A stretch of 31,508 nt of DNA from a virus (IMGVR_UViG_3300024237_000094:1-31508); one strand, 5' to 3'; positions 1-10,087 are shown, counted from the first letter of the stretch. Made by a program: numbers and translations. Notes: a model not told the origin generated them from the letters alone.

Positions 1-575
1 TCTGGGATAAATATTTTAAAACAAACCCCCAGCATCAAAGCTGCCTTTGATCGCTTGGACGATGCTGACCGAAGCACTTTTCTTGGCGATCTTTCAAAAA
101 GAGCGTCGGCAGAAGAGGGGTTTCAGAAAAAGTTTTTTGGCAATCAAGTTTTTATAAAAGATTATAATGAGGGTGTTGCTAATAAAACCAGCGAAGCCCA
201 ACGCAGTTTAAATGCAGTTTTTGGTTATACCAGTTTTTTAGATGTCACGGGTTCGTCAGTCGGAACTCTTGACAGACATTCCGCACAGGCTCTTTTAGAT
301 TCACACGAAAGGGAAAACAATGCTCAGTTTCCCTCGGAAATGACGCAAGATTTAGCTAGATCGTTTGCTTCTGGCGGGATTACAGATGATATTGTTATTG
401 CAACGTTGAATAGATTTGAAAATATTAGAGACGCGCAGGATCTAAAGGGAAGAAATCTTCTTACATATCTTGGCGGTGGTGACTCTGCTAAAAAGTTTAG
501 CAATATGGCAACCGCTTTAAATGTTATCCGCGAAGTCAGTGGTGATGAGTCAGTCGTTCCTGCTTATCGCCAAAT
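1..575. repeat. Left copy of a 575 bp terminal direct repeat (genome circularity or terminal redundancy)
   Basis: Bases 1-575 (tctgggataa...cgccaaat) align without gaps to 30934-31508, with ~26 substitutions counted by eye. Confidence 0.97.
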
Positions 576-1209
576 CATTCTTAATCAATCAAATGACTCC
601 GAGGCATTAAAGACTGTGAGAAATAACTTTGACTTTGAATACGATAAGGAGCAAACAGATAGAACAAATATAAGAAACGCTGCTAAAACCCTTACTCGCA
701 AGCTTGATATTCCTTCTCACTTAAAAGATAGAGTATCTGGTGCTGTAGAGTTTTTTTTGACAGTTCCAGATCTCAATGTTAAACGCGCTGTAGAAGACTA
801 CGCCTCATTAAACTACCCCTCTGGGACAAGATTTTATGAAGATGTTGATGGATATTCTATATACCCCAATCCTCCAGAAATGTTTTTAGACGAAGGATCT
901 TTAGATGTTCTTAGTGCTTTTGTAGAAAACAAAGCAATGGGGCGTAAAGTGTTTTTAAAGCAGCAACTGGATGCCGGAGATTCAGTTACTTGGGCGGCAT
1001 ATACTCGAAATGCAATGGGACAGGAAGAGCCTGTTTATTATGGTGAAGATCTCTTGCTAATTGATTCCAAGAAGTTTCAAGCACTGAATAAAACCAAAGC
1101 ACTTCTTAGTAGGGCTGAGTTAATGGCAATGAGAAACTATTCGCTCGAACAATATACTGAAAGTTCCGCAGAAAAATTAAACAAACAAATAATGCCATTT
1201 ATGGATTAA
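1..1209 (+). CDS. 3' part of an internal virion (ejection) protein; the gene starts at 30127 and wraps through the terminal repeat (~671 aa total)
   Basis: Frame 1 is open from base 1 and matches the frame of the ORF starting at ATG 30127. It lies between the gp14-like gene and the 1313 aa gene, the T7 gp15-equivalent position. The track start at 55 is an artefact. Confidence 0.8.
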   Translation, partial: SGINILKQTPSIKAAFDRLDDADRSTFLGDLSKRASAEEGFQKKFFGNQVFIKDYNEGVANKTSEAQRSLNAVFGYTSFLDVTGSSVGTLDRHSAQALLDSHERENNAQFPSEMTQDLARSFASGGITDDIVIATLNRFENIRDAQDLKGRNLLTYLGGGDSAKKFSNMATALNVIREVSGDESVVPAYRQIILNQSNDSEALKTVRNNFDFEYDKEQTDRTNIRNAAKTLTRKLDIPSHLKDRVSGAVEFFLTVPDLNVKRAVEDYASLNYPSGTRFYEDVDGYSIYPNPPEMFLDEGSLDVLSAFVENKAMGRKVFLKQQLDAGDSVTWAAYTRNAMGQEEPVYYGEDLLLIDSKKFQALNKTKALLSRAELMAMRNYSLEQYTESSAEKLNKQIMPFMD

Positions 1210-1215
1210 GTTTTA

Positions 1216-4200
1216 ATGTTAAAACCACAAAGAATATCTCACCAACAACAAGACATTTTTAAGTCTGCTCGCCCTTCTTGGGGTGAGTCTTATGGTGCTG
1301 GGCTGGCTACATATATTGCTCCAATGACAGATCAGGGGCTAGAAAAAGCAATGTTTGGTAGTGTTGATTATGATCAAGACTTTGACTTTGCATCTGCAAT
1401 TCTTGCGCGTCCTGAATTAGATAAATTTGCGGTTCATTTGGCTCATGCAAAAAATAACGATCACTTTGATTTTTTAGTTTCTAGCCTTCAAAGGAATCAA
1501 GCCCGTAGAGATATTCTTTCCAGAACTCATTGGGCTGTGGGACTCACAACAGAGTTGTTGAATCCTGTAAATTGGCTTTTTGCCTACCCCGCTCTTGGTG
1601 CGGTTGGTGCTGCTCTTACTGGTGCTGGCAGAATATCTGCGGCTGGTGCTGCTGGGGTAAGACAAGGGCTTGCGGCTGGTGCGTCTATGGAAGCAATCCG
1701 CTATCCATTTGATCCCTTAGAGTCTGCATCAGAGGCTGCATTAAACGTTGCTGCTGCTGGTGCATTTGGTGGTGGATTAGGTGCTGGCATACCGGCTGGA
1801 TATATGTTTGCTAAAAGTGTGTTGCCAGAAACAACAAGAAGGCTTTTACCTTCCATAAACAAAACCATGCGTGAAGAGGAGCGATGGCAAGGACCGGGCG
1901 AGGTTCGTGACATTGATGGCGTTCAAATTGTTGAGACTGATGATTTTTCTGCGCCAACAGTTGCGAGTCGCAAACGTAAAGAGACGATACAGTTAGATGA
2001 GGACACTGTTGTTTTCTACGCACCTAGCGGTCAGCCTGTTCGAGCAGCCGTTGTTCGTGATGAAGATGGAATGATAGAGACATTTGACATTGGCGATGGT
2101 GTTTCTAGGGAGGTTGGCGACCCTGAGTATTCAACTGTATCTCCATACGAAACAGATAAGGTTCTTTCTCCTTTAGTTACTGATGATGGTGTTAATCCAG
2201 TTATTGCAGATCTTGATGATGTTGAGTTGGATGAGGCTATTACATTTGCTGAAAGTGAATTTCAAACAGCAACCGGAGATCGTTTGTTTGAGATTGAACG
2301 GCAGCTTACGGCCTTGCAAGCACGGCGTAAAAAGTTAAAAGCACCCGATGACCCACCTCGTCGGGTTGAGGAGCGTGAGGTTGATGAGATTGTAATTAAC
2401 CTAGACAGTGCAAAAGATGATTTTGAAACCGGAAAATATACCTTCCCGGAGGTTGAAGGAAGCACATCTCTTGCTCCAAATGATTTTAGAAGCTTTGATG
2501 ACTACAGAGATTTTCTTGCATACAAAGAACATCTAAAAACAACTGAGCCAAAAAAGAAAAAGGAAAGTGCTGCGGTTTATGAGGACAGAATAAACTCACT
2601 TTCTTTGGGTCGCCTTGCCGATGGTTACAGCACTAAGAAAACATTTTTTAACGCTCACTATTGGTTTAAGAGTCCTGCATTTAGGGTATTGAGCAACCCC
2701 AAAACTCCGCAGGCTGTTAAAAGAATTATGTCTTTAATGACTGGCAACAATCAAGTCGCACTTGATCGTAACACTGCTGGCTTTGGCGTTAATGCTGTTG
2801 ATCAACAAATGGTTCGTGGCACTGTAATGTTTAGGCAGACATTGGATAAACTCCAAGACTTATGGGTTCGAGAAACAAAAGCCCGCGATGAGGCAATTAG
2901 AAGTCGTGCATTGGGTTTTAATGCAGAGGAGTTTTTGCCTAACAAAAAGTCTTTTAAAGAGTGGTTTGAGTCTGAGGCGGATAATTATTTGTCTGATTCC
3001 CCAATGCTTGACACAAAGGGTCAGCAAGAGTTTCATTCTATTGTTAAGGGACTCCTTGATGACTTTCTTGTTATGGCACAGGATGATGGTTTACTTCTTG
3101 GCATTACAAGATACGAAGTTGAAATTAAACGCATCCGTGATGAAATGGAATTTAAGACAACGCTTTTAAACAGGCAAGAGTCTGGTAGCGTCAAATACAA
3201 CATTCTCAAAAAGGAACTTGAGGAGTTAGAGTTTGGAGTCGATGGCCTTCGGGCAATGGAAGACGCAATGCAATCTGCTCGCGGCTCAAGTTCATATAAG
3301 TGGCCTCGTTATTTTGACATTGTTGCTTTGCGTAAAAGCTATAATGGCGACAAAGTTTACTACAATGAGTTGCGTGATATTCTTATTGATGAGTATTCGA
3401 TCAATCCAATTAGGGAAGCTTACAATCCCAAAACAGGCAAGATGGAATCCTATGTATCAGACCCGGTTAAAGATGCTGGAGATACTTTAAACAAAATAAT
3501 GCAGGATCAAAACGACCCGCAGGCGTATGTGGGAACGGGGATGAAGGGCAAGCACTTGCAGCGCAGGGTTCTTAATGTTCCTGACTCAAAGCTTAAAAAG
3601 TTTTTGGTTAAAGATGTTACTGTGCTTGCTTCTTATGCAGACAAAATGGGCTTCCGCATGGCGTGGAATCGTAACTTTGGTGGCAAAACGCTAAATCAGG
3701 TTATGAAAGACATTGAAGATGTTGCCAATGCAGATCCTGCGTTCAAAGCTTTGAGCAAAAAAGAACAAGGAAATATTATTGCTCAAGCACAAAAAGCTTT
3801 TTATGGCGATTATTTACGAGCCACCGGAACTCACATTACAAATCCACATCGTTGGGATAATCAAATTGCAAAGGTTTTAAGCGACTATACTGGCATTGTT
3901 TACTTGGCTGGCTCTGGCATTACAGCAGTGGGTGATACGGTAAACATGATTGCTGCTCGCTCCTTTGCAGATATGCTTGAAGCTGTTCGGCATGACTTGC
4001 CAGCATTGATTCAAAACGTAAAGGATATGGAGGGTTTCGTTGAGGTTCTAAGCATGTCTCCGAACATGATTAAAGAGCAAATGATGGCGGATGCTAAGAC
4101 GGGTCTTCAACCTACCCTTGCTGATAGAATGACACATTTGCCAAGTCGCGTTATGTTTAACTTGCCTGTTATCGGTAACGACCTTCATGCTGTAACGTCA

Positions 4201-5157
4201 ATTACGCGGCGGATTGCTGCTGCCTATAACATCTCCGATATTATTGATATTGCGTTTAAGATTGCTGATCCAGATAAAAAGATTAGTAGTGTTGATTTGC
4301 AGCGCGCAGGACAGTTGGGCATTGATGAAGATGTTGCCGCTTATATATTCAGCCAACGCGATGTCATTGGAAAAGGTAAAAAAATCTGGTTGGCTAATAG
4401 CAAGGATTGGGAGTTAGAAAATCCTAAACAACGCCGGGCATATGAAACATTCTTGCAAGCGATTGACCTAGCCACTGATGCTCAAATTATTATGGCAAAG
4501 TCTTTTGACAAACCCCTTATTGTTGATGGGGTTACTTTTGTTCGCTATCACCCAATCATGGGTGCTGTTTTTGGCATGAAACCCGACCCTGTTATTTCTC
4601 GTAATGGCAGACAATATGCGAAAGTTCAAAGTGGAATTTTAAAGTTTCCTTTCCAATTCTTTAATTACTCCTTTGGTGCTTCTAGTTCTGTGCTTGGCAG
4701 GCAATTCGATCCTAATCAGGAACGCAGATTACAACAGGTTGCTCTTTCTGTTGCGATGGGTGCGGCTATTATCTATGCCAAGCCTAACGGAGAGTATTTC
4801 TTTGAAAACAATGACAATACAACTATTGCATTAAGGTCGTTGGAACGTTCAGGGATTATGTCAATTTATGGAGATATTTTTTATGAAGCAATTCATATGG
4901 CAACTGCTACTGGTGCGGTAGATCCTGACGATATGCTTGTTAGAGGCAAGTTTGCTACAAAGGGTAGGGATGTATTTGCCCCTATAGGGCCAGCACCAAA
5001 TCTGGCAGCGGATTTGTCTATTGCTATGAACGATTTTCTTGACAACAAAACAACTGCTAATGCCCGTGAGTTGTCTAGGGCTTTGCCTAGAATAGTGACT
5101 CCATTTGTTACATTAGATTTTGCTACTTTGTATAAAGCAAAGGACAATTTTGATTGA
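1216..5157 (+). CDS. Large internal virion (ejection) protein, T7 gp16-like position
   Basis: 1313 aa with a Gly/Ala-rich hydrophobic segment near the N-terminus (AAAGAFGGGLGAG). Last of three ejection genes, directly before the tail fibre. No catalytic motif recognised. Confidence 0.7.
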   Translation: MLKPQRISHQQQDIFKSARPSWGESYGAGLATYIAPMTDQGLEKAMFGSVDYDQDFDFASAILARPELDKFAVHLAHAKNNDHFDFLVSSLQRNQARRDILSRTHWAVGLTTELLNPVNWLFAYPALGAVGAALTGAGRISAAGAAGVRQGLAAGASMEAIRYPFDPLESASEAALNVAAAGAFGGGLGAGIPAGYMFAKSVLPETTRRLLPSINKTMREEERWQGPGEVRDIDGVQIVETDDFSAPTVASRKRKETIQLDEDTVVFYAPSGQPVRAAVVRDEDGMIETFDIGDGVSREVGDPEYSTVSPYETDKVLSPLVTDDGVNPVIADLDDVELDEAITFAESEFQTATGDRLFEIERQLTALQARRKKLKAPDDPPRRVEEREVDEIVINLDSAKDDFETGKYTFPEVEGSTSLAPNDFRSFDDYRDFLAYKEHLKTTEPKKKKESAAVYEDRINSLSLGRLADGYSTKKTFFNAHYWFKSPAFRVLSNPKTPQAVKRIMSLMTGNNQVALDRNTAGFGVNAVDQQMVRGTVMFRQTLDKLQDLWVRETKARDEAIRSRALGFNAEEFLPNKKSFKEWFESEADNYLSDSPMLDTKGQQEFHSIVKGLLDDFLVMAQDDGLLLGITRYEVEIKRIRDEMEFKTTLLNRQESGSVKYNILKKELEELEFGVDGLRAMEDAMQSARGSSSYKWPRYFDIVALRKSYNGDKVYYNELRDILIDEYSINPIREAYNPKTGKMESYVSDPVKDAGDTLNKIMQDQNDPQAYVGTGMKGKHLQRRVLNVPDSKLKKFLVKDVTVLASYADKMGFRMAWNRNFGGKTLNQVMKDIEDVANADPAFKALSKKEQGNIIAQAQKAFYGDYLRATGTHITNPHRWDNQIAKVLSDYTGIVYLAGSGITAVGDTVNMIAARSFADMLEAVRHDLPALIQNVKDMEGFVEVLSMSPNMIKEQMMADAKTGLQPTLADRMTHLPSRVMFNLPVIGNDLHAVTSITRRIAAAYNISDIIDIAFKIADPDKKISSVDLQRAGQLGIDEDVAAYIFSQRDVIGKGKKIWLANSKDWELENPKQRRAYETFLQAIDLATDAQIIMAKSFDKPLIVDGVTFVRYHPIMGAVFGMKPDPVISRNGRQYAKVQSGILKFPFQFFNYSFGASSSVLGRQFDPNQERRLQQVALSVAMGAAIIYAKPNGEYFFENNDNTTIALRSLERSGIMSIYGDIFYEAIHMATATGAVDPDDMLVRGKFATKGRDVFAPIGPAPNLAADLSIAMNDFLDNKTTANARELSRALPRIVTPFVTLDFATLYKAKDNFD

Positions 5158-5205
5158 GCCAAAAGTATGATAGTATCTCAGGCAAATGATTGATAGGATG
5201 CACCC

Positions 5206-6945
5206 ATGACCATTTTAATTAGCGATAATAGCCCTCGTATCTCCTATACTGCTACGGCAGGGCAGACTGCATTTACAGTCCCATTTGAGTTCTTTGATGC
5301 CTCAGACTTGAATGTGTATGTCAATGACACTCTTCAAACGCTGACAACGCATTACAGTGTAACTGGCGGCAGTGGCTCGACTGGCAGCATTACACTGGTA
5401 ACTGGTGCTACTCTCAATGATGTTGTCGTTATTACTCGTGACGTTACCCTTGAACGTGTAACTGACTTCCCCACCTCCGGCCCATTCCAAGTCGCGTCAC
5501 TGAACACCGAACTGGATAAAGTCGTTGCTATGATTGCAGACATGAAAGACTTGGCTGATCGTGGCCTTCGTCTTTCTGACTCTGATACATCCGCTACTCT
5601 CGTCCTTGCCAATAAGGACGCTAGGAAGGGGACGGTTCTTGCGTTTAATGCAACCACTGGTGCTGTTGAGGTCGGCCCGACCATTGCCGACACAAACACT
5701 GTGGCTCAGATTAAGGCTGATATTTCTACTGTTGCTGGCATCTCCGCCAATGTAACCACTGTTGCTGGCATTTCTAGCGATGTAACAACTGTGGCAACCA
5801 ACAATGCAAACGTAACGACTGTTGCTGGTCAAACAACCAACATGCAGAACATTACGGATAACCTAACTGCTGTTCAAAACGCAGCCACCAACGCCACGAC
5901 TGCCACAACTAAGGCCAGCGAAGCTGCTGCGTCTGCCACTGCTGCTGCCACCTCAGAAACCAATGCGGCTACCTCTGAGACTAACGCTGCAACCTCGGCT
6001 ACCAATGCTTCAAACTCAGCCAGCGCGGCCTCTACGAGTGCCTCTGCGTCTGCTACGAGTGCTACTGCATCGGCTAATAGTGCTACTGCTGCGGCAACCA
6101 GCGAAACCAATGCTGGCACGAGCGAAACCAACGCAGCCTCAAGTGCTTCTGCTGCCTCTACCAGCGCAAGTAACGCCGCCACATCAGCTACCAACTCCTC
6201 CTCCTCTGCCACTGCTGCTGCTACGTCTGCAACCAACGCTGCTACTAGCGCGACTAATGCTGCTACATCTGCTACTGCTGCCTCTGGCTCTGCTACGGCG
6301 GCTGCTAACAGTGCTGCTGCTGCGGCTGCTGCCTTCGATAATTTCGATGATACTTATTTAGGAAGCTTTACAGCCGATCCAACAGTCGATAATGACGGTG
6401 ACGCTTTGGTGGAAGGCGCATTATACTTCAATACTTCTGCAAATGAGATGCGCGTATATGATGGTGCTAACTGGATTGCTGCCTCATCTGCTGGCACAGC
6501 ATCTATCTTGGAATACAACTACACAGCAACAGCCGGGCAGACCACCTTTTCTGGCACAGACGATAACTCAGCCACACTGTCTTACACAACGGCTAACCTG
6601 ATTGTTACCTTGAATGGTATCGTGCTGGAAAACGGCACTGACTACACGGCCTCCAATGGCACTAGCATTGTGTTGACTGTAGGTGCTGCTGCGGGTGACG
6701 AGTTGAATGTCATTGCGTTCAAATCCTTTACTGTGTCTGACACGGTTGCCGCCAGCACGGGCGGCACGTTTAGTGGTAACGTAAATGTTCCCAGTCTTAC
6801 GCTAGAGGATGGAGCTAGTGACTGGTCATTTGAGGTTATTAGCAATAATCTTGTTATTAAGTATGGTGGCACTGGCAAAGCAAAGCTAGATACATCTGGC
6901 AACCTGACCGTTATTGGTGACGTTACAGCCTTTGGCACTATCTAA
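5206..6945 (+). CDS. Tail fibre protein with T7-type N-terminal tail-attachment domain
   Basis: N-terminal YTATAGQTAFTVPFEFF...LNTELDK resembles the T7 gp17 N-domain. It is followed by an Ala/Ser/Thr coiled-coil stalk and a C-terminal GNLTVIGDVTAFG. Confidence 0.9.
   Translation: MTILISDNSPRISYTATAGQTAFTVPFEFFDASDLNVYVNDTLQTLTTHYSVTGGSGSTGSITLVTGATLNDVVVITRDVTLERVTDFPTSGPFQVASLNTELDKVVAMIADMKDLADRGLRLSDSDTSATLVLANKDARKGTVLAFNATTGAVEVGPTIADTNTVAQIKADISTVAGISANVTTVAGISSDVTTVATNNANVTTVAGQTTNMQNITDNLTAVQNAATNATTATTKASEAAASATAAATSETNAATSETNAATSATNASNSASAASTSASASATSATASANSATAAATSETNAGTSETNAASSASAASTSASNAATSATNSSSSATAAATSATNAATSATNAATSATAASGSATAAANSAAAAAAAFDNFDDTYLGSFTADPTVDNDGDALVEGALYFNTSANEMRVYDGANWIAASSAGTASILEYNYTATAGQTTFSGTDDNSATLSYTTANLIVTLNGIVLENGTDYTASNGTSIVLTVGAAAGDELNVIAFKSFTVSDTVAASTGGTFSGNVNVPSLTLEDGASDWSFEVISNNLVIKYGGTGKAKLDTSGNLTVIGDVTAFGTI
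5722..6335 (+). repeat. Coding tandem repeats in the tail fibre stalk: ~10 aa units (VTTVAGISxx) followed by 7 aa units (AATSETN/AATSATN)
   Basis: Visible in the translation. The DNA is degenerate at third codon positions. Boundaries are approximate. Confidence 0.85.
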
Positions 6946-6957
6946 GGGGTCTAAGCA

Positions 6958-7941
6958 ATGGCACTTCCTGCTTCTGGTGCAATATCGTTAAGCGACTTTA
7001 ATACCGAACTGGGTATCACCGCAGGCACGGCAATCAGCATGAGCGATGCAGATGTTCGTGCTTTGCTTGACCTTGCGTCTGGTGCTGAGGCATCGTTTTC
7101 TGGTTATTATGGTGCGTCGAGCATTGTAGACATCGCCCTGACAATTGCAGCCAACACAAACAATTACAATATATTCAGCAGCAAGGGCGGCACATATTCT
7201 GCTGGCAAGTCAAACATCACCCTGACTATTAACAGTGGCGTAACTGTCGGCTCAACCAGCACAGGCACATATGCGCTTGAAACTGGCACAGGATGGGCAA
7301 CAGGCGACACCATTACCATCGTCAATAACGGCACAGTCAAAGGCCGTGGCGGCGATGGCGGTGCTGGTTCAACTGTAAACGCCAACAATAACAGTAACAT
7401 CGGGCCAGACAGCTACCCTAATGGCGGAAATGGTAACGCTGGCGGCAATGCGTTTAGAGCGCAATTCGTAACAACCTTCACCAATAACGGCAGCGTTTAC
7501 GGCGGCGGCGGTGGTGGTGGCGGTGGTGGTGGTTTTCAGTTTGCATCGGGCAAATCGGCCTTTATTGCTGGTGGTGGCGGCGGTGGTGGCGGCGCGGGTG
7601 TAAATGCTGGCTCAGGCGGCGCTGGTGGAGGAGCCACGTTTCAAAACGTTGCAAACGATTTCACCCATTCTGGGGATTCGGGTTCATCAGGCACATCGAC
7701 ATCGGGTGGCGCTGGCGGTTATAGCGGCGGCGGCCAACAGTATCAGAATGCAGCAGGCGGCAACGGCGGCGGGCTTGGTTCAAATGGCTCAAACGGCACA
7801 ACCATAGCCACTAGTAGTACTATTACTGGTGCTTCACCATCAGGCGGAAGCGGCGGGACACGAGGATACTACCAAGTCGGTAGCACATTTATTAACTCAG
7901 GCGGCGGCATAACTGGAACTGTCGCGGGAAGGAGTGGCTAG
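6958..7941 (+). CDS. Glycine-rich tail fibre adhesin (T-even gp38-like)
   Basis: GRGGDGG and NNGSVYGGGGGGGG motifs plus repeated Gly-rich segments, as in polyglycine-II gp38 adhesins. Lies immediately downstream of the fibre gene. Confidence 0.7.
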   Translation: MALPASGAISLSDFNTELGITAGTAISMSDADVRALLDLASGAEASFSGYYGASSIVDIALTIAANTNNYNIFSSKGGTYSAGKSNITLTINSGVTVGSTSTGTYALETGTGWATGDTITIVNNGTVKGRGGDGGAGSTVNANNNSNIGPDSYPNGGNGNAGGNAFRAQFVTTFTNNGSVYGGGGGGGGGGGFQFASGKSAFIAGGGGGGGGAGVNAGSGGAGGGATFQNVANDFTHSGDSGSSGTSTSGGAGGYSGGGQQYQNAAGGNGGGLGSNGSNGTTIATSSTITGASPSGGSGGTRGYYQVGSTFINSGGGITGTVAGRSG

Positions 7942-7943
7942 TT

Positions 7944-8270
7944 ATGGCAACTTATAAATTACATGTCTCTGGATACATCGAAGAAACGCAGCAGCTTTTG
8001 GTTTCGTTTTCGTCCGACGATACGGCGCGTGAAGCCGAAGACTACCAAGCCTTGGCCTTTGATGTCGTGCCATATGGTGAGGCCACGCCCGAAGAAATTA
8101 TGTCGATGATTGCCAAGACTGCGCCGACTACCACAGGCGATATTGTCACGCAGGAAACTTACACCGACAGCAGCGACAAGGCGGAGGGCTTGAAGGCTCT
8201 AGTCGGGCAATCTTTTACATACACTGATGATGACCTTCTCGCCCCAGAGGAGCAGGTTGAAGAAGTATGA
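7944..8270 (+). CDS. Hypothetical acidic protein in the tail module (possible fibre chaperone)
   Basis: 108 aa, good RBS (aggag), tightly packed after the adhesin. Confidence 0.6.
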   Translation: MATYKLHVSGYIEETQQLLVSFSSDDTAREAEDYQALAFDVVPYGEATPEEIMSMIAKTAPTTTGDIVTQETYTDSSDKAEGLKALVGQSFTYTDDDLLAPEEQVEEV

Positions 8271-9025
8271 CGTTAAGAAATCAAAACTTAGGCACTACCG
8301 AAGATATAAAGTGGAAAACTAGTTTCCAGTTTCAAAATAACGCTCGCTGGATAAAAGACCAAACTCAAGACGACCTGTTTCATGTCTCGTTTATATATGA
8401 CAATCCTGTAGGGCATAAAATTGTTGTTGAGACAGCAAACACAGACAGTCCTCAAAACGGTTCTGGTGTAGTTCCTACTCACGAAACGATGAGTAATGTA
8501 ATTGTGGGCTGGGATAATTACGTTGTATCGTCTGGAGCAATAACGGTTTTTTACGAATGGAACTCTGGCGACATTACATCAAGTGAAGTTGATGCTTATG
8601 TTTCTTGGCTGCAAACAGCTAATATGGGGGCTACTGTCGAAAATATTATTAAAACTGACACCAGCCTTAGCCACGACTTCGTTGCGGGAAACATAACGGG
8701 CGGACTGCATAGCTTAATACGCTATCAATTGAACGCAAAGGTGACCTTGAGCATTAGGGACGCAAACACAAAAATCGGTTGTTTCTTGCGTCCGCAAAGA
8801 AAACATCTTGATTGGTCAACGGGCAGCTATACTGTTGCTGGCGGCGAAACTGTTAATGTCGACAAACAGGGAAGTGATTGCTACGTGTCCCTTGTTGGTG
8901 ACGGACTTCGGGTCAGTGGCGTAACAAAAGACGACATGTCCATATTGAAGCTGACATCTGATAGTATTATAGTTGAAAATACAGGAACGGAAACACGCAA
9001 GATTGGCGTGATTTGGAGAGACTAA
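8267..9025 (+). CDS. Hypothetical beta-rich protein in the tail/host-recognition module
   Basis: 252 aa, ATGA overlap with the upstream gene and TAATG overlap with the downstream gene. Confidence 0.65.
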   Translation: MTLRNQNLGTTEDIKWKTSFQFQNNARWIKDQTQDDLFHVSFIYDNPVGHKIVVETANTDSPQNGSGVVPTHETMSNVIVGWDNYVVSSGAITVFYEWNSGDITSSEVDAYVSWLQTANMGATVENIIKTDTSLSHDFVAGNITGGLHSLIRYQLNAKVTLSIRDANTKIGCFLRPQRKHLDWSTGSYTVAGGETVNVDKQGSDCYVSLVGDGLRVSGVTKDDMSILKLTSDSIIVENTGTETRKIGVIWRD

Positions 9026-9768
9026 TGAGTAACGCAAGAGATTTATCAAAGTTCTTACAAGAGGGCGGTGAGGTTGATACAGATACGCTGGTCGTTGACA
9101 GCACGAATAATCGGGTTGGCATCGGCACGACTTCGCCATCTGCTCCTCTTGAAGTAAATGTCTCAGGCGCAAGTGACGCACTGATTTTAACTCGTGACAC
9201 AGGAACAAATGGCGAGTTGCAAATAGACTTTAACGGCGCAAACGCAAGCCATAATAGCGTGCAAGGTGGTCATACATTTGCGACAAACGGCACAGAACGC
9301 ATGCGCATCCTATCAAGCGGCGGCATCACATTTAACGGCGACACCGCAGCCGCCAATGCGCTGGACGATTATGAGGAAGGCACTTGGACGCCGACTCTTG
9401 GTGGTTCTTCTTCTAATCCAACTGTTTCGTATTCTTCCCTTAGAAGCGGAACTTACGTCAAAATTGGCAAATTAGTTTATTGCACTTTTATTATGGATAT
9501 TGCGTCTTGTTCTGGAGGCTCTGGGACTGCTGTTATAGCTGGCTTGCCTTACACTGTTGAAAACAACAATGCTTCTTACGGAAATCAACCGCTTCTCATT
9601 GATAGGTTGGCTGGTGACTATCGACAAGTTAGTTCACAGCCATCCCCAAATGGAAGTTGGGTTTCAATGATACGAAATGCAGGTAGTACAGGCAGTCATG
9701 CGGGTGTAGATGTATCAACTTTAGCCAATATGAGTTGTAGGGGAACTATTATTTACAGAGCATCATAA
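9025..9768 (+). CDS. Second tail fibre-like protein
   Basis: Likely start ATG 9025 (MSNARDL). Contains NNRVGIGTTSP, TNGTERMRI and ANALDDYEEGTWTPT...GTYVKIGKLV, all typical of phage fibre shaft and tip domains. Confidence 0.8.
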   Translation: MSNARDLSKFLQEGGEVDTDTLVVDSTNNRVGIGTTSPSAPLEVNVSGASDALILTRDTGTNGELQIDFNGANASHNSVQGGHTFATNGTERMRILSSGGITFNGDTAAANALDDYEEGTWTPTLGGSSSNPTVSYSSLRSGTYVKIGKLVYCTFIMDIASCSGGSGTAVIAGLPYTVENNNASYGNQPLLIDRLAGDYRQVSSQPSPNGSWVSMIRNAGSTGSHAGVDVSTLANMSCRGTIIYRAS

Positions 9769-9810
9769 CCCGTCTGGAAGTCGGGTCGGACAGGTGGCAA
9801 TCTCGCCACG
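9768..9810 (+). promoter_or_regulatory. Candidate structured cis-regulatory RNA between the fibre gene and its putative chaperone
   Basis: ACCCG/CGGGT stem, alternative GTCTGG/TCGGAC stem, then a GTGGC/GCCAC hairpin. No U-tract follows. Confidence 0.45.
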
Positions 9811-9832
9811 ATAAACACAAGGAAACAAACAA

Positions 9833-10087
9833 ATGACATTAACTAAAACAATCAAAGTAGATAAAATTGAAATCGTAGGCGAGTTCAAAGCTGTGCAAGT
9901 TCGCACCGCTACAGTCGTCAGTGAAGATGGCACGGAACTGTCACGCAGTTACCAACGTCATGTCATCCAAGCGGGTGACGATTACAGCAGCGAAGATGCA
10001 GAGGTTCAGGCCGTATGTGCGGCAGTGCATACTGACGAAGTTGTTGCCGCTTATCAAGAACACATTGCTAATCAGGAAGCAGAATAA
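9833..10087 (+). CDS. Conserved small phage protein, probable tail fibre assembly chaperone
   Basis: DKIEIVG..VQVRTAT..DG.ELSRS..RHV...EVQAVCAAVHT pattern, which I recognise from genes following such fibres. Confidence 0.7.
   Translation: MTLTKTIKVDKIEIVGEFKAVQVRTATVVSEDGTELSRSYQRHVIQAGDDYSSEDAEVQAVCAAVHTDEVVAAYQEHIANQEAE

Noticed and set aside
1-575. Diverged repeat pair as a diversity-generating retroelement TR/VR
   Set aside because: Differences are not adenine-specific (many C/T synonymous changes), the repeat is 575 bp at the contig ends, and no reverse transcriptase is present.
5880-6335. Tandem DNA repeats as a CRISPR or minisatellite
   Set aside because: Degenerate 21 bp coding repeats with no repeat-spacer structure.
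5352-6361. Antisense and alternate-frame ORFs over the tail fibre
   Set aside because: Shadows of low-complexity Ala/Ser/Thr codons, with no RBS or independent motif.
9766-9846. Stop-codon read-through fusing the fibre to the next gene
   Set aside because: In-frame read-through hits another TAA at ~9844 and is not in frame with the ORF at 9833.
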